DNA of 64,000 nucleotides from Bdellovibrionota bacterium (lineage in GTDB: Bacteria > Bdellovibrionota > UBA2428), in contig JBGSZX010000031.1 in NCBI GenBank assembly GCA_041750195.1, positions 148,669 to 212,668 of the forward strand. Direction: 5' to 3'. A program made the position numbers and the translations under genes. Numbering within the stretch: position 1 is the stretch's first letter; the number at the start of each line of letters is the position of its first letter. Positions 18,085-27,706 of this stretch are shown here, one piece after another. The notes beneath the pieces were generated by a model that saw only the letters and a list, made by a program, of their open reading frames with translations, made no database searches and was not told the origin of the DNA.

Positions 18085-20547
18085 TTACTTTTGATGCTGT
18101 TGGCTTTTTGAGTTGGTATTGTTTTTAACATTGTTGCGGCAGGCCTGAAACATGCGATCTGAAATTTGAACCAGCGTTCGATGATATCTTTCCGCGTCGC
18201 TACAAGTTTGAGAAGTTTTTTCAGCCTGGTTGCCTTTAAATTGTGCTTTGTTTTCGGCTAAGCCAAAGAAATCTGTAAAATCTTTTTCGGATGGAACAAC
18301 AGCATTTTTGTCGCCAATAATTGGCATGTTTTGGCTGCAATTACTCTCGGTTATTGGAAGTGGGGTCGAGAATTGCGCGAATGCTTTGAGTCCCTTGCCT
18401 TGAGGAAGTGAGCTTACAAATTCTTCGGCTGCTTCGTAAAAGTCTGTTTTGGGGGAATTGATTGGGTTAAAAATACTTGAGCCCTTCGAGGTTTTAAACC
18501 CTGAATAAGTACCTTCGGCATTCAGTATGTTATCGATTATATAGTCTCTGGATGCTCCCGAACATTCCCGAAAGATATAGTGTCTGAGGTCTATCTCCAT
18601 TTTTTGTACTTGTTGTGCCCATGTTCCCTGATTTCCAGTGCATTCAAAAAGCGGGTCTAAATTTACAAAGCCCTTGCCTTTCCCAGGTTTCCAATCGGCG
18701 TGAATCATAAGTTGTATGATATCTTTATCTGTCGAATCTGAAGAAATTTTATCTGCCATCTGTTTCGCATCTTGCTCGGTAAATGTAGAATCATTAACTC
18801 GATGTGCCCTGGCTAAAAGTGCTGAGTGAATTTGTGTATTCACAGCGCCCTTGACCTGATTTGTGGCTTCCTTAATCTTAAATCTTGTTTTGGCGGGATC
18901 ACCTGACTCCGGGACATATTGTCCGAGCTCACCTGAGCTTAAGGTTTTAAATGAACGTAGAATTTCTGGCGAAGATGCTCGTTTGATAAATCTAGTAAAT
19001 GCTAAAAGTTTAGAATGATTTCCGAGGGGGTTGTCATCTTTGAATTGTTCACAATGTTTTGGACAATTAATCTCAGGATTTGTTTTTTGTAACTCTCTAC
19101 ATTTGGTGATGCTCATTCCCGGCTGGCCGGCTATGTAGCATAGGGGGTCAGTATCCGTCATAAAGTGAGAGTAAAGACCGAGGCGCCTACCGATTTCTTC
19201 ATCCATCTCGGTTTGAATCATGTTCGAAAGATTTTGTTTATAGTCTCCGTCGAATTTGAAAACAGATAAGTTTTTTTTGAGCCGCGTGTTTAGATCTTCG
19301 CCATCTGTGGAGCTTCCAGCCTTATCAATATGCGCTCGTAGTGCCTTTAGCTGTTTGTTATCTGTCGGGTCATATTTTTTAATTTTAAGCTGGGTTTGAA
19401 GGTTCTCCCGACATGCTTGAAGCTCCGAATTTATAGATTTTGCAATATTAGCTTCGACAACTGTTGATCCGCTTCCCGAAGTTTTACGTCGTGAAGCAAT
19501 TGCTTCGTCAATCGCCTTTTCGTAGGTCTTTCTAAAGTCTCCACCTAGTGCCACGGAAGGATCATACTTTGGTAAAATCCCCGCACTCTGCCCCTTTTTC
19601 TTTTCCATCAATGTTGTGTTGCCCAGCGGATTGGCCTTGTCGCTGCTGCTTGAGTATGACGGCTTGTAGGAGGGCAAGACGGAGGATTTGCTTTTGTTGT
19701 TAGAGGATTTTGATCCGCCCTTGTTGAGGAGCTTGTTGGTCATGGTGGAGAGGGCGTGGGCAGCAACCGCTGATTTGTCGGTGCCGCCTGTCCCATCACC
19801 ATTTCCCACGAAAGCACGTGCGGCTGTTCCGCTATAGATACCAGATCCTCCAGAGGATCCGCCTAAATTTCCTGCCAATGGTCCCATGGCTAAAGATCCT
19901 GGGCGCGGTTTGTAGCCGCTCGCTACATTGGTCACACGACCTTCTGATTGGTAACGAACATTCGCTGGTGAATTTATAGAAGCAAAATTTAGGGAATTGC
20001 CACCATTGGAATTTGAGTTTATGCCATTGACGGCAACATTTATATTGGCGGCAAATTGATTGCTAAATCCGGGACCAAATTCAGAGGAACCCACAGCATC
20101 CGTGAGCGCATTGGCTGCTGCCGTCGGATCGGCACCGGTTAAACTTGCTAATTGTTTAAGCGCACTTTCTTTATCTGCGGCACTAGCATCCGAACTTGCC
20201 AAAGTCTTCAGTGCTTTCTCGGCTGCTTCTTTGCTTGCGCCACCCAGGCTTCCGCCTTTACCGCTAGCACCGACTAGGCGCAAAAATCTATCCAGAATTT
20301 TTTTTCGCCATGCCGCGGGCAGGTTTCCGTCTTGAATGCTGCGGTATTCATATTCAACAGAGTCGGCTAAAGCTTTGTCGCTCAAGGGGACATCTAAATG
20401 ATCACGAAGTGTTTTTTGGTTTTCGTTAAAATATCTAACACTTTGATCGGCAATTTGTTGCGAATCATTTGCCGTCGCAGAAAAGCAGATGAGAGTTGAG
20501 AAAAGTCCAATAGAAGAAGACCCAAAATATTGTCCCAATTTTCCCAT
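18085..20547 (-). CDS. large secreted protein with Gly/Ser/Asn/Ala-rich disordered central region
   Basis: 820 aa. N-terminal signal peptide, a ~250-aa low-complexity segment (GGSLGGASKEAAEKALK...SNSNGGNS...GGSSGGSG...), and a Cys-containing C-terminal globular part. No family recognised. Confidence 0.45.
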   Translation of the reverse strand: MGKLGQYFGSSSIGLFSTLICFSATANDSQQIADQSVRYFNENQKTLRDHLDVPLSDKALADSVEYEYRSIQDGNLPAAWRKKILDRFLRLVGASGKGGSLGGASKEAAEKALKTLASSDASAADKESALKQLASLTGADPTAAANALTDAVGSSEFGPGFSNQFAANINVAVNGINSNSNGGNSLNFASINSPANVRYQSEGRVTNVASGYKPRPGSLAMGPLAGNLGGSSGGSGIYSGTAARAFVGNGDGTGGTDKSAVAAHALSTMTNKLLNKGGSKSSNNKSKSSVLPSYKPSYSSSSDKANPLGNTTLMEKKKGQSAGILPKYDPSVALGGDFRKTYEKAIDEAIASRRKTSGSGSTVVEANIAKSINSELQACRENLQTQLKIKKYDPTDNKQLKALRAHIDKAGSSTDGEDLNTRLKKNLSVFKFDGDYKQNLSNMIQTEMDEEIGRRLGLYSHFMTDTDPLCYIAGQPGMSITKCRELQKTNPEINCPKHCEQFKDDNPLGNHSKLLAFTRFIKRASSPEILRSFKTLSSGELGQYVPESGDPAKTRFKIKEATNQVKGAVNTQIHSALLARAHRVNDSTFTEQDAKQMADKISSDSTDKDIIQLMIHADWKPGKGKGFVNLDPLFECTGNQGTWAQQVQKMEIDLRHYIFRECSGASRDYIIDNILNAEGTYSGFKTSKGSSIFNPINSPKTDFYEAAEEFVSSLPQGKGLKAFAQFSTPLPITESNCSQNMPIIGDKNAVVPSEKDFTDFFGLAENKAQFKGNQAEKTSQTCSDAERYHRTLVQISDRMFQACRNNVKNNTNSKSQQHQK

Positions 20548-20684
20548 ATCCCCACTAGCTATTCTCCGGGATAATAGGGGGTCAACGCAAGGCCTAAACT
20601 CAAAATTTTAACCAATAAGTCACCGCAAATTAAGACAAAATTAATCAAATCTTAACATGGCAGCTCTAAGTGTCAGATAAATGC

Positions 20685-21608
20685 CTAATGCCCCAACACC
20701 AGGGGTATGAGTAGTATTGAAATCAAGGTACTGATCACTGTCGCTATAGCAACTTTCTGCGGTTCGGCCTTTAACAGGCTAGCGAAAGCAACCACATTGG
20801 CGGCCATCGGACAAAGCGCAATCAAAATTAACACCTGTCGTACGAGTGGAGAAAATAGCCCGAGGCTGGCAAAATCATCTAGGAAAATCATTGCAAACGT
20901 AATGGCTGGCCAAACACCATACTTAATAAAAAAGGCGTAAAAGTTAAAACGCCAGTCGATCATTTTTAGCGAGCGAACATCCGCCATCGCAATTCCAAGT
21001 AACATCATTCCAAGAACTGAAAAGGCTCCCTTAATCCATACAAAAAATTCGAAGGCAGGATGACTTAGGCGTACGCCACAAAAGTTTAGTAACAAACCAG
21101 AGGCAAAAACATAGAGGACTGGAAGTCGCAATAGTTTGCGAAGACTTTGCATGGGCGAATAATGACTACGAGCTGTGATGTAGACTCCAAAAGTGGCTTC
21201 AAAAATTACAAAGCCAAAAGAAATGAGCACTATGATCGGAAAAGCGTCCGCACCCAATATGACAATTGCGGCGGGGAATCCAAAATATCCAGAATTTGCG
21301 TTTCCGCCAGCATAAGACAGAACATTGCGAGCCGGTGATTGAAATAAAAATCCACCAAGTTTCCAAGTAAGCCAACAAATAAGGGCGCAAACAAAAACAT
21401 AGAGGAAGGGAAGCATGATGAGCTGAGGGCTAAGTTCTGCATCAAGTATGCCCTTGAAAATTGTAAGTGGCGCTAAAATATAAATGAGCAACGGCGCTAT
21501 GGCTTCTCGGGTCACATTGAGCTTTCGCCCAGCAAAAAAACCTAAGATCACAAATAAAAATAGTGGGGCGAGTCTAAAGCTAAGGTCTAAGAAAGAAGTG
21601 AGACTCAT
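20685..21608 (-). CDS. AEC (auxin efflux carrier / malate permease-like) family membrane transporter
   Basis: 307 aa with about 10 TM helices in a 5+5 arrangement, typical size and hydropathy for the AEC family. Confidence 0.5.
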   Translation of the reverse strand: MSLTSFLDLSFRLAPLFLFVILGFFAGRKLNVTREAIAPLLIYILAPLTIFKGILDAELSPQLIMLPFLYVFVCALICWLTWKLGGFLFQSPARNVLSYAGGNANSGYFGFPAAIVILGADAFPIIVLISFGFVIFEATFGVYITARSHYSPMQSLRKLLRLPVLYVFASGLLLNFCGVRLSHPAFEFFVWIKGAFSVLGMMLLGIAMADVRSLKMIDWRFNFYAFFIKYGVWPAITFAMIFLDDFASLGLFSPLVRQVLILIALCPMAANVVAFASLLKAEPQKVAIATVISTLISILLIPLVLGH

Positions 21609-21752
21609 GTGAATGAGACTAGTTTTAGTGTGGGATTAGCTCTCTGTAAAGAGTGTCATGGGAAACGGTCCCCGGGAAAGGCCATTAGACAAATTGCTAT
21701 ATTTAAGTCGCGCCAAGCAGTTGCTTAAAACCTGAAGTCGCAATAGAAAATA

Positions 21753-22805
21753 GTGGTGTGGAATTGGATAAAAGCGTGGCTCTTTAAAAAGGATGCCGAA
21801 TGGGTTCACCATAGTACGCTAAAACTTGTAAAACTTTTTGCATGCCTTCCTTTTATCCTTAGGTGGGTCTCTGGGACCCCATCGCAAAAAAAGTTTTCAT
21901 CAGAGACTTCTTTAAACGCGCTAAAAACAAACTGTATGAATCTAGATTTTCAGCACCCCTTGGGATTGGCGGCTGGATTTGATAAAAATGCAGAACTCTT
22001 GGACAGCGCTCAATCACTTGGATTTGCTTTCATTGAAGTGGGGACTGTGACGCCTCGGCCTCAGCCAGGCAATGAGCGACCGCGATTGATTAGAGTTTCC
22101 CAGAATCTAGCGCTTTTTAATAGAATGGGATTTAACAACGATGGTGCCGATGTGGTGGCCGAAAGAATCAAAAAATTTCGCACTAAGATTGCTCTAAAAA
22201 ATCTGCCCAATACCTTAAAAATTGGAGTGAATATTGGTAAAAATAAAGACACCACTGCTCAGCTGGCAGCGCAAGATTATGCAATGTGCGCCGAAAAATT
22301 TGCAAAGCTCGCTGATTATTTGGTTGTTAACGTAAGTAGTCCTAACACCCCAGGATTGCGCGACTTGCAAAACATAAAATCCTTGGAAGAAATTTTTAAA
22401 GCGGTCAAAGAAGCTACTATTCGACAAGATTGTTCAAAGCTTCCCATCTTGCTAAAGCTTGCGCCCGAAATTGATCCGGAACAATTGAAAGATCTCATTG
22501 AGGCAGCCGATTCGTGGGGTGTTGATGGCTATGTGCTCACCAATACCTGGGGAGGAAAGCATAAAGGCTTTACGGGAGGTTGGAGCGGCCAGCCTGTTGC
22601 CGAGTATTCTTTGAATTCCCTTAGATACGCACGCACGGCGACTCAAAAAACGATTATAAATGTTGGCGGAATTTTGACGCCCGATGAAGCTCAGGCTCGA
22701 CTCGCTGCAGGTGCAGATTTGGTGCAAATTTATACAGGATGGATCTATGCAGGCCCTCGATTCCCCTCGGATATCGTTCGATTCCTGACACAATCAAAGA
22801 GCTGA
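21753..22805 (+). CDS. pyrD: dihydroorotate dehydrogenase (quinone), class 2
   Basis: Membrane-associated N-terminal helix plus PyrD motifs: FQHPLGLAAGFDKN, IEVGTVTPRPQPGN, NRMGFNN, NVSSPNTPGLRDLQ, TNT, GGI. Confidence 0.9.
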   Translation: MVWNWIKAWLFKKDAEWVHHSTLKLVKLFACLPFILRWVSGTPSQKKFSSETSLNALKTNCMNLDFQHPLGLAAGFDKNAELLDSAQSLGFAFIEVGTVTPRPQPGNERPRLIRVSQNLALFNRMGFNNDGADVVAERIKKFRTKIALKNLPNTLKIGVNIGKNKDTTAQLAAQDYAMCAEKFAKLADYLVVNVSSPNTPGLRDLQNIKSLEEIFKAVKEATIRQDCSKLPILLKLAPEIDPEQLKDLIEAADSWGVDGYVLTNTWGGKHKGFTGGWSGQPVAEYSLNSLRYARTATQKTIINVGGILTPDEAQARLAAGADLVQIYTGWIYAGPRFPSDIVRFLTQSKS

Positions 22806-22848
22806 CATATCTAAAAATCTATCTTCCCTGCTAAAATGATTTCTCTAT

Positions 22849-22874
22849 CATAGGGCATAGTGCATAGGGCATAG
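22849..22874. promoter_or_regulatory. tandem 12-bp direct repeat (CATAGGGCATAG-TG-CATAGGGCATAG) immediately upstream of the 22888 gene; candidate operator
   Basis: Two perfect 12-mers separated by 2 bp, ending about 14 bp before the start codon at 22888. Confidence 0.3.
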
Positions 22875-22887
22875 GGGAAAACCGTAA

Positions 22888-23952
22888 ATGAAGCCGAGTC
22901 AGTTCCGCAAAATTAAAAGCTTAAACAACGCATTCTTTTTTGCATTATTTTTAGTTTCGCTTTCTTCAAGCTATGCATGGGCTGCTGATCAAATCAATAT
23001 TCGTAATTTTGCTGGCGATGCTGTTGGTACGGAAACTGGTGGAACATTAGCGGGACATACTTCGGAATCTGGTAGCACGCAGGTGATTCGAGTGGGCGTG
23101 GATGAGATCATCGATGGCGCTGAAGAAGTTGAAATTGTTGTTTCAACAAATCTTTCAGTTTCAGAAGTAGAAGTTTTGGATGAAAATGGGGTAGCACTTA
23201 CCTTAGATGCCTTTACCTTAAGCGTGGCTAACGGATCCGAAAAAATATTACTCCTCAAGGGCGTCGACGATACTGATCAAGATGGCGATGTCACAGAAAT
23301 TGTAACGTTCACCACCGCAAGTTCGTCGGTCGCGGGTATCACCGATGGAAAAACCTACGCCCTTAGAGTGATCAATTCCGATAACGATGGCCTTAGCACG
23401 AGCACAGCTCCGTCGGAGCCAACGCTTAGGTATCCACTAGAAGGCGCAAGCTTTGCGACGGACGAAGCTTTTCTTTGGGAACATGCCTACGATCGAGAAA
23501 AAGATACTTTGACTTACCAACTTTGTGTACGCGCTGAGGAGGTCACCATTCCTAAATGCGTTTCCGTTGCAGACACGTCCATCGTTCCAGGTTCAGGCGT
23601 CGCGGTTTTAAGTTGGCCCATTGTTCTTGCCATCGCATTGAGTTTTCTTTTATATAAATTCAAAACAAGGCGGCGCAGACGAACTGCCATTCATATCGTT
23701 CAGTTTGCACCACAGGTTAAAAAACATACTCCGAGCCCAGCCATCATTGTTCTTCTTCTTTTGTTGACCGTAGCGTGCGGAAACAAGGCATTGATTGATG
23801 CCCTACAGGTGAGTCCTCGTCCATCGGTGACTGCTACATTTCCAGATCTTCAAGCGGGAAAAACTTACTTTTGGAAAGTTTATGCAGACGATGAAAACGG
23901 CAACGTTATTGCAAGTTCTCAAGAATATTCATTCGAAGCGAAGGCGCCTTAG
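22888..23952 (+). CDS. secreted/surface protein with internal TM plus Arg-rich segment
   Basis: N-terminal signal peptide. A Thr/Asp/Val-rich beta-rich region follows. Near residue 250 there is a hydrophobic helix followed by RRRRR (LSWPIVLAIALSFLLYKFKTRRRRR), then a second lipoprotein-signal-like stretch (AIIVLLLLLTVACGN) and about 60 more aa. Confidence 0.4.
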   Translation: MKPSQFRKIKSLNNAFFFALFLVSLSSSYAWAADQINIRNFAGDAVGTETGGTLAGHTSESGSTQVIRVGVDEIIDGAEEVEIVVSTNLSVSEVEVLDENGVALTLDAFTLSVANGSEKILLLKGVDDTDQDGDVTEIVTFTTASSSVAGITDGKTYALRVINSDNDGLSTSTAPSEPTLRYPLEGASFATDEAFLWEHAYDREKDTLTYQLCVRAEEVTIPKCVSVADTSIVPGSGVAVLSWPIVLAIALSFLLYKFKTRRRRRTAIHIVQFAPQVKKHTPSPAIIVLLLLLTVACGNKALIDALQVSPRPSVTATFPDLQAGKTYFWKVYADDENGNVIASSQEYSFEAKAP

Positions 23953-24809
23953 TGATGAGGGCGTTTTTGGTTTCAACCTTTATGATTCTATGTTTGCTGG
24001 CATCAATAAAAGTGGAGGCAACTAATTTGCCCCCCAAAAAACCACTGACCAAAGAAAATGCATTAGGCGAAGGTGCTGCAGTTGTAGATCCGAATAGACT
24101 GTCACAAGACTCCCCCGAAAACACAGAGACTTCAGGTGCCATAGCGCCAGTGATAATCAATTCCAAAGTCATTCAAGATCTTCGCAAAAACCAAGAAGAT
24201 AAAGTTAACATTAGTGTTGATAAGTCACTTCAGGAAATTGATTCTATTCCTGTTGCTTCGGTGGGCGAGGCAAGTACGACCCCGGAAGTTGCTACAACCG
24301 AATCTCGCTATTGGATGGTCTTCCCCAAAAAACCCGAGCTTGCCTTTATAAGCGGTTGGGCCTTTACACACAAAGATCTTGCCGCTCTAGCGGGTAGTGG
24401 CTTTGCTTTCGGAGTCATGGGCGCACAAGAAATCAATGAAAGAATGCAAATTCAATTTAGATTGAGTGCCAGTCATCACGCAGAAGACAATAGCAGTCGC
24501 CAAAATAGATTGTGGATCATTCCTATGGAAGTGCTTGTACAGTTCACTAAAAAAATAGGCAATTTTATAGCTTATGTTCAGCCGGGATTAGGAACGGCCG
24601 CTTGGTTTTCGGAAAGCACCCGTACCGTTGATTTGTATTCAGAAACTTCTCACGGGTATGATTTTATGGCTTCCGGAGGGATAGGGGTAAAATATACCAT
24701 TCCCGAAATGGCTTGGACCTTCGGCGCCGATTATAGCCTAAGCTACATCTCTGGATATTTTGATAACTATCTCTCCAGAATCATGTTATATAGTTCTTAT
24801 CAGTTTTAA
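23952..24809 (+). CDS. putative outer-membrane beta-barrel protein
   Basis: Signal peptide, alternating amphipathic beta-strand pattern in the C-terminal 180 aa, and a C-terminal aromatic residue (…LYSSYQF). Starts at GTG 23952 or ATG 23955, overlapping the upstream stop. Confidence 0.4.
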   Translation: MMRAFLVSTFMILCLLASIKVEATNLPPKKPLTKENALGEGAAVVDPNRLSQDSPENTETSGAIAPVIINSKVIQDLRKNQEDKVNISVDKSLQEIDSIPVASVGEASTTPEVATTESRYWMVFPKKPELAFISGWAFTHKDLAALAGSGFAFGVMGAQEINERMQIQFRLSASHHAEDNSSRQNRLWIIPMEVLVQFTKKIGNFIAYVQPGLGTAAWFSESTRTVDLYSETSHGYDFMASGGIGVKYTIPEMAWTFGADYSLSYISGYFDNYLSRIMLYSSYQF

Positions 24810-24866
24810 CTCCAGGCGCTTGCGGCCCTAAATTCGTAGCTATAGTATGGTGCTAAGGCAACGACC

Positions 24867-26132
24867 GTGCGAATGATCAAACAACTACTAAAAAAAGATG
24901 TGTTCTCTTGGGCCCTGTATGATTGGGCCAATAGTGCCTTCTCGACATCTATCATGGCGGGGTTTTTTCCGTTGTTCTACAAAAGTTATTGGAACTCAGG
25001 GGTCGATGCGGCCCTCAGTACCAGTCGTCTTGGTCTAACAAATTCTGTAGCGAGTTTATTCATCGCAATATCGGCACCCTTTCTTGGAGCGCTTGCAGAT
25101 GAAGCGGGAGCCAAGAAGAAATTTTTGTTTGTCGCCACATTTATTGGAGCACTCTTTACGGCCTTTCTCGCCAACATTGGAGAAGCACAATGGTTGGGTG
25201 CTTCCATTCTTTATGCGTTAGCTGTCTATTCGTTTTCTGTTTGCATGATGTACTACGATTCTTTGCTTCCCTTTGTTTCACACGATGATGATGTAGATTT
25301 TATCTCCGGTGCTGGTTTTGCCATGGGTTATCTTGGTGGCGGCATATTGTTATTTATCAACGTTCTTATGTTTAAAAATCCTGAAATGTTTGGGCTGGCC
25401 GGAAAAACGGAGGCCGTCAAAGCAACCTTTGTGAGCGTTGGTTTGTGGTGGTTTTTATTCTCGCTTCCCATGTTCAAGAACGTAAAAGAACCCATTGAGA
25501 AAAAACAGCAGCCTCTTTCTCTCATTTTTAGGAAAACTTTTTTTGAACTTAGCAAAACTGTGAAAAAAATTATCGCCAACAAAAATGTTCTCTATTTTAT
25601 GTTGGCTTACTGGCTCTATATAGATGGCGTTCATACCATTATAAAAATGGCCGTTGATTATGGGGTCAGTATTGGCTTTCAAACTTCCGATCTCATAACG
25701 GCTCTGTTGATTGTTCAATTTGTAGGATTTCCAGCTGGTTTCTTTTTTGGATGGCTCGGGCAAAAGTGGGACGTAAAAAAATCTATTCTGCTTGGTATCA
25801 GCTGCTACGTAGCCGTGGTTTTTTGGGCGCTTCGTATGACCACCGTTCAAGAGTTCTTTATAATGGCAACTATGATTGGTCTTGTCCAGGGCTGTGTACA
25901 AGCCTTGAGCCGATCATTGTTTTCTCGTTTGATTCCTAAGGAACATTCGGGAGAATTTTTTGGATTCTATAATCTGGTTGGCAAGGCAGCGTCAGTTTTA
26001 GGGCCAAGTTTAGTTGGACTAGTGACTTTATATTCTGGAAACAATCGTCTTGGAATTGCTTCGCTACTTATATTGCTTGTTGCTGGGGGAATGATCCTTG
26101 GCTTTAAAGTAAAGAATCCCGCCCGAGCATAG
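24867..26132 (+). CDS. MFS transporter, UMF1 (Atg22-like) family
   Basis: Characteristic UMF1 N-terminus (VFSWALYDWANSAFSTSIMAGFFPLFY) and about 12 TM helices. Confidence 0.7.
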   Translation: MRMIKQLLKKDVFSWALYDWANSAFSTSIMAGFFPLFYKSYWNSGVDAALSTSRLGLTNSVASLFIAISAPFLGALADEAGAKKKFLFVATFIGALFTAFLANIGEAQWLGASILYALAVYSFSVCMMYYDSLLPFVSHDDDVDFISGAGFAMGYLGGGILLFINVLMFKNPEMFGLAGKTEAVKATFVSVGLWWFLFSLPMFKNVKEPIEKKQQPLSLIFRKTFFELSKTVKKIIANKNVLYFMLAYWLYIDGVHTIIKMAVDYGVSIGFQTSDLITALLIVQFVGFPAGFFFGWLGQKWDVKKSILLGISCYVAVVFWALRMTTVQEFFIMATMIGLVQGCVQALSRSLFSRLIPKEHSGEFFGFYNLVGKAASVLGPSLVGLVTLYSGNNRLGIASLLILLVAGGMILGFKVKNPARA

Positions 26133-26898
26133 GAAAGTCTGTCACAATACCATCGGCTCCGTTCGCAACAAGTTCTTTCATGTGCGAGGGGTCGTTGATG
26201 GTCCAATAGTGGACCTCGATTCCCATGCTGTGAAGAGCATCAATGATTTTTTGATCGGCAAGGTTGTAGTTCTCGTAGCGATCAGGAATTTGAAAAGCTT
26301 GTGCGGCGCACTTATATTCATTCAACTTTCCCGCCAATAAATTTTGTAGAAAACTAAAGACTTCGCCGTAACAGGCGCTTGTAGGAATGGAGTTAGGAAG
26401 CTCCTTCCGAATGTTCGCCATGATTTTATCGTTTTCTGCTGCAATCAGTATTCTATCTAAAGCGTTGCTTGCTTTGGCGGCTTTCAATAGTTGAGCCGTC
26501 GCAATTGCTTTTGAATCTTTAATCTCTATGTTGAAATAATGATTAGGAAAAGCTTTAAAAATTTCTTCTACCCCAGGCACCTGCAAACCTTGTTCGCGGA
26601 AAGGATAGTCTTTTTTGTTTGGCGAATAGGTAAATCCAGCGTCAAATTGATTTAACTCGTCAAAGTTAATTTCGTTGATCATGACGTCGGCACCGCAAGT
26701 TCTTAACAGATTTTTATCGTGCAAAAAGACGGGAACATTGTCTTTAGTGAGCCACACGTCGGTTTCTATGTAATTGGTTGCCTTGGAGGCTGCTTCGAAC
26801 GAAGCGAAAGTGTTTTCAGGAGCAACCCCAGAAGCCCCTCTGTGTCCAAAAATTCTTGGTTTGGGTGATGCGAAAAAGGCGTACTTTTGGGCGTTCAT
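26104..26898 (-). CDS. glycerophosphodiester phosphodiesterase
   Basis: GDPD motifs: IFGHRGASGVAPENTFASFEAA and ETDVWLTKDNVPVFLHD. Confidence 0.85.
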   Translation of the reverse strand: MNAQKYAFFASPKPRIFGHRGASGVAPENTFASFEAASKATNYIETDVWLTKDNVPVFLHDKNLLRTCGADVMINEINFDELNQFDAGFTYSPNKKDYPFREQGLQVPGVEEIFKAFPNHYFNIEIKDSKAIATAQLLKAAKASNALDRILIAAENDKIMANIRKELPNSIPTSACYGEVFSFLQNLLAGKLNEYKCAAQAFQIPDRYENYNLADQKIIDALHSMGIEVHYWTINDPSHMKELVANGADGIVTDFPMLGRDSLL

Positions 26899-26992
26899 AG
26901 CAGAGAATCATATAGCCCAAAGCTACAATGCGGCCACAAAGAATTTAAATAAAATTCGTCGCTGAGTGTTGATCGAAGTTTAAACATCAATT

Positions 26993-27706
26993 TTAGGGCT
27001 CAAAGCGATAGCCGACACCGCGCACTGTAATGAAGTGTTTTGGTTTCTCCGGGTCTATCTCAAAGCTTTTTCTGATGCGGCTCATAAAAAAATCAACCGT
27101 TCTTGTTTTGGGGAGCCATTGAAATCCCCAAACGTCTTTCAAAAGATCGTCTCTGCTTAACGCAACATTTGGATTTTCGATAAATTTAGAGACCAGTTTG
27201 AATTCCAGCTGAGTTAACTGGATCCAGCCAGATTGTCCTAAAATTCTTAAATTTTTAATGTCACGACTCCATAAGGCTTCAGGCTTGTTAATTTTTAAGG
27301 GAACAAAAGGCAAAATTGTGGCTCTGGTGTATCGCCTTTGAAGTGCCTGGATGCGTGCCTCGAGTTCAGCATAGCTAAAAGGTTTGGGTAAGTAGTCGTC
27401 TGCGCCTTCCTTGAGTCCTTTGATGCGATCCTCGACCTCGCCAAGTGCCGATAAAACTAAAATCATTGGTGCATTGGAAGTGCTTTTTATTTCCTCGCAA
27501 AGCTCGAGTCCGTCGCCATCAGGGAGCATTCTATCGAGAAGACATAGGTCGAATTCTGTATTTGAAAGTCTTTCATGCGCATTCTCAATGGTGGTGCTGT
27601 GTTCTACTATTAGACCCATTTTCTCGAGCGCGACTTTCATGGTTGTTGCAAGGTGAACTTCATCTTCAACCAATAAAACTTTTCTAAATTTAATTTCTTG
27701 GCTCAT
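26993..27706 (-). CDS. OmpR-family response regulator
   Basis: Receiver domain (KVLLVEDEVHLA...DLCLLDRMLPDGDGLELC...) plus winged-helix output (LSRDDL....TVDFFMSRIRKS...FITVRGVGYRF). The ATG at 27706 overlaps the upstream kinase stop (ATGA). Confidence 0.9.
   Translation of the reverse strand: MSQEIKFRKVLLVEDEVHLATTMKVALEKMGLIVEHSTTIENAHERLSNTEFDLCLLDRMLPDGDGLELCEEIKSTSNAPMILVLSALGEVEDRIKGLKEGADDYLPKPFSYAELEARIQALQRRYTRATILPFVPLKINKPEALWSRDIKNLRILGQSGWIQLTQLEFKLVSKFIENPNVALSRDDLLKDVWGFQWLPKTRTVDFFMSRIRKSFEIDPEKPKHFITVRGVGYRFEP

Noticed and set aside
20060-20335. 91-aa Ala/Leu/Ser-rich + strand ORF
   Set aside because: It is a shadow frame of the repetitive Gly/Ser/Ala-coding region of the 820-aa secreted protein gene on the opposite strand.
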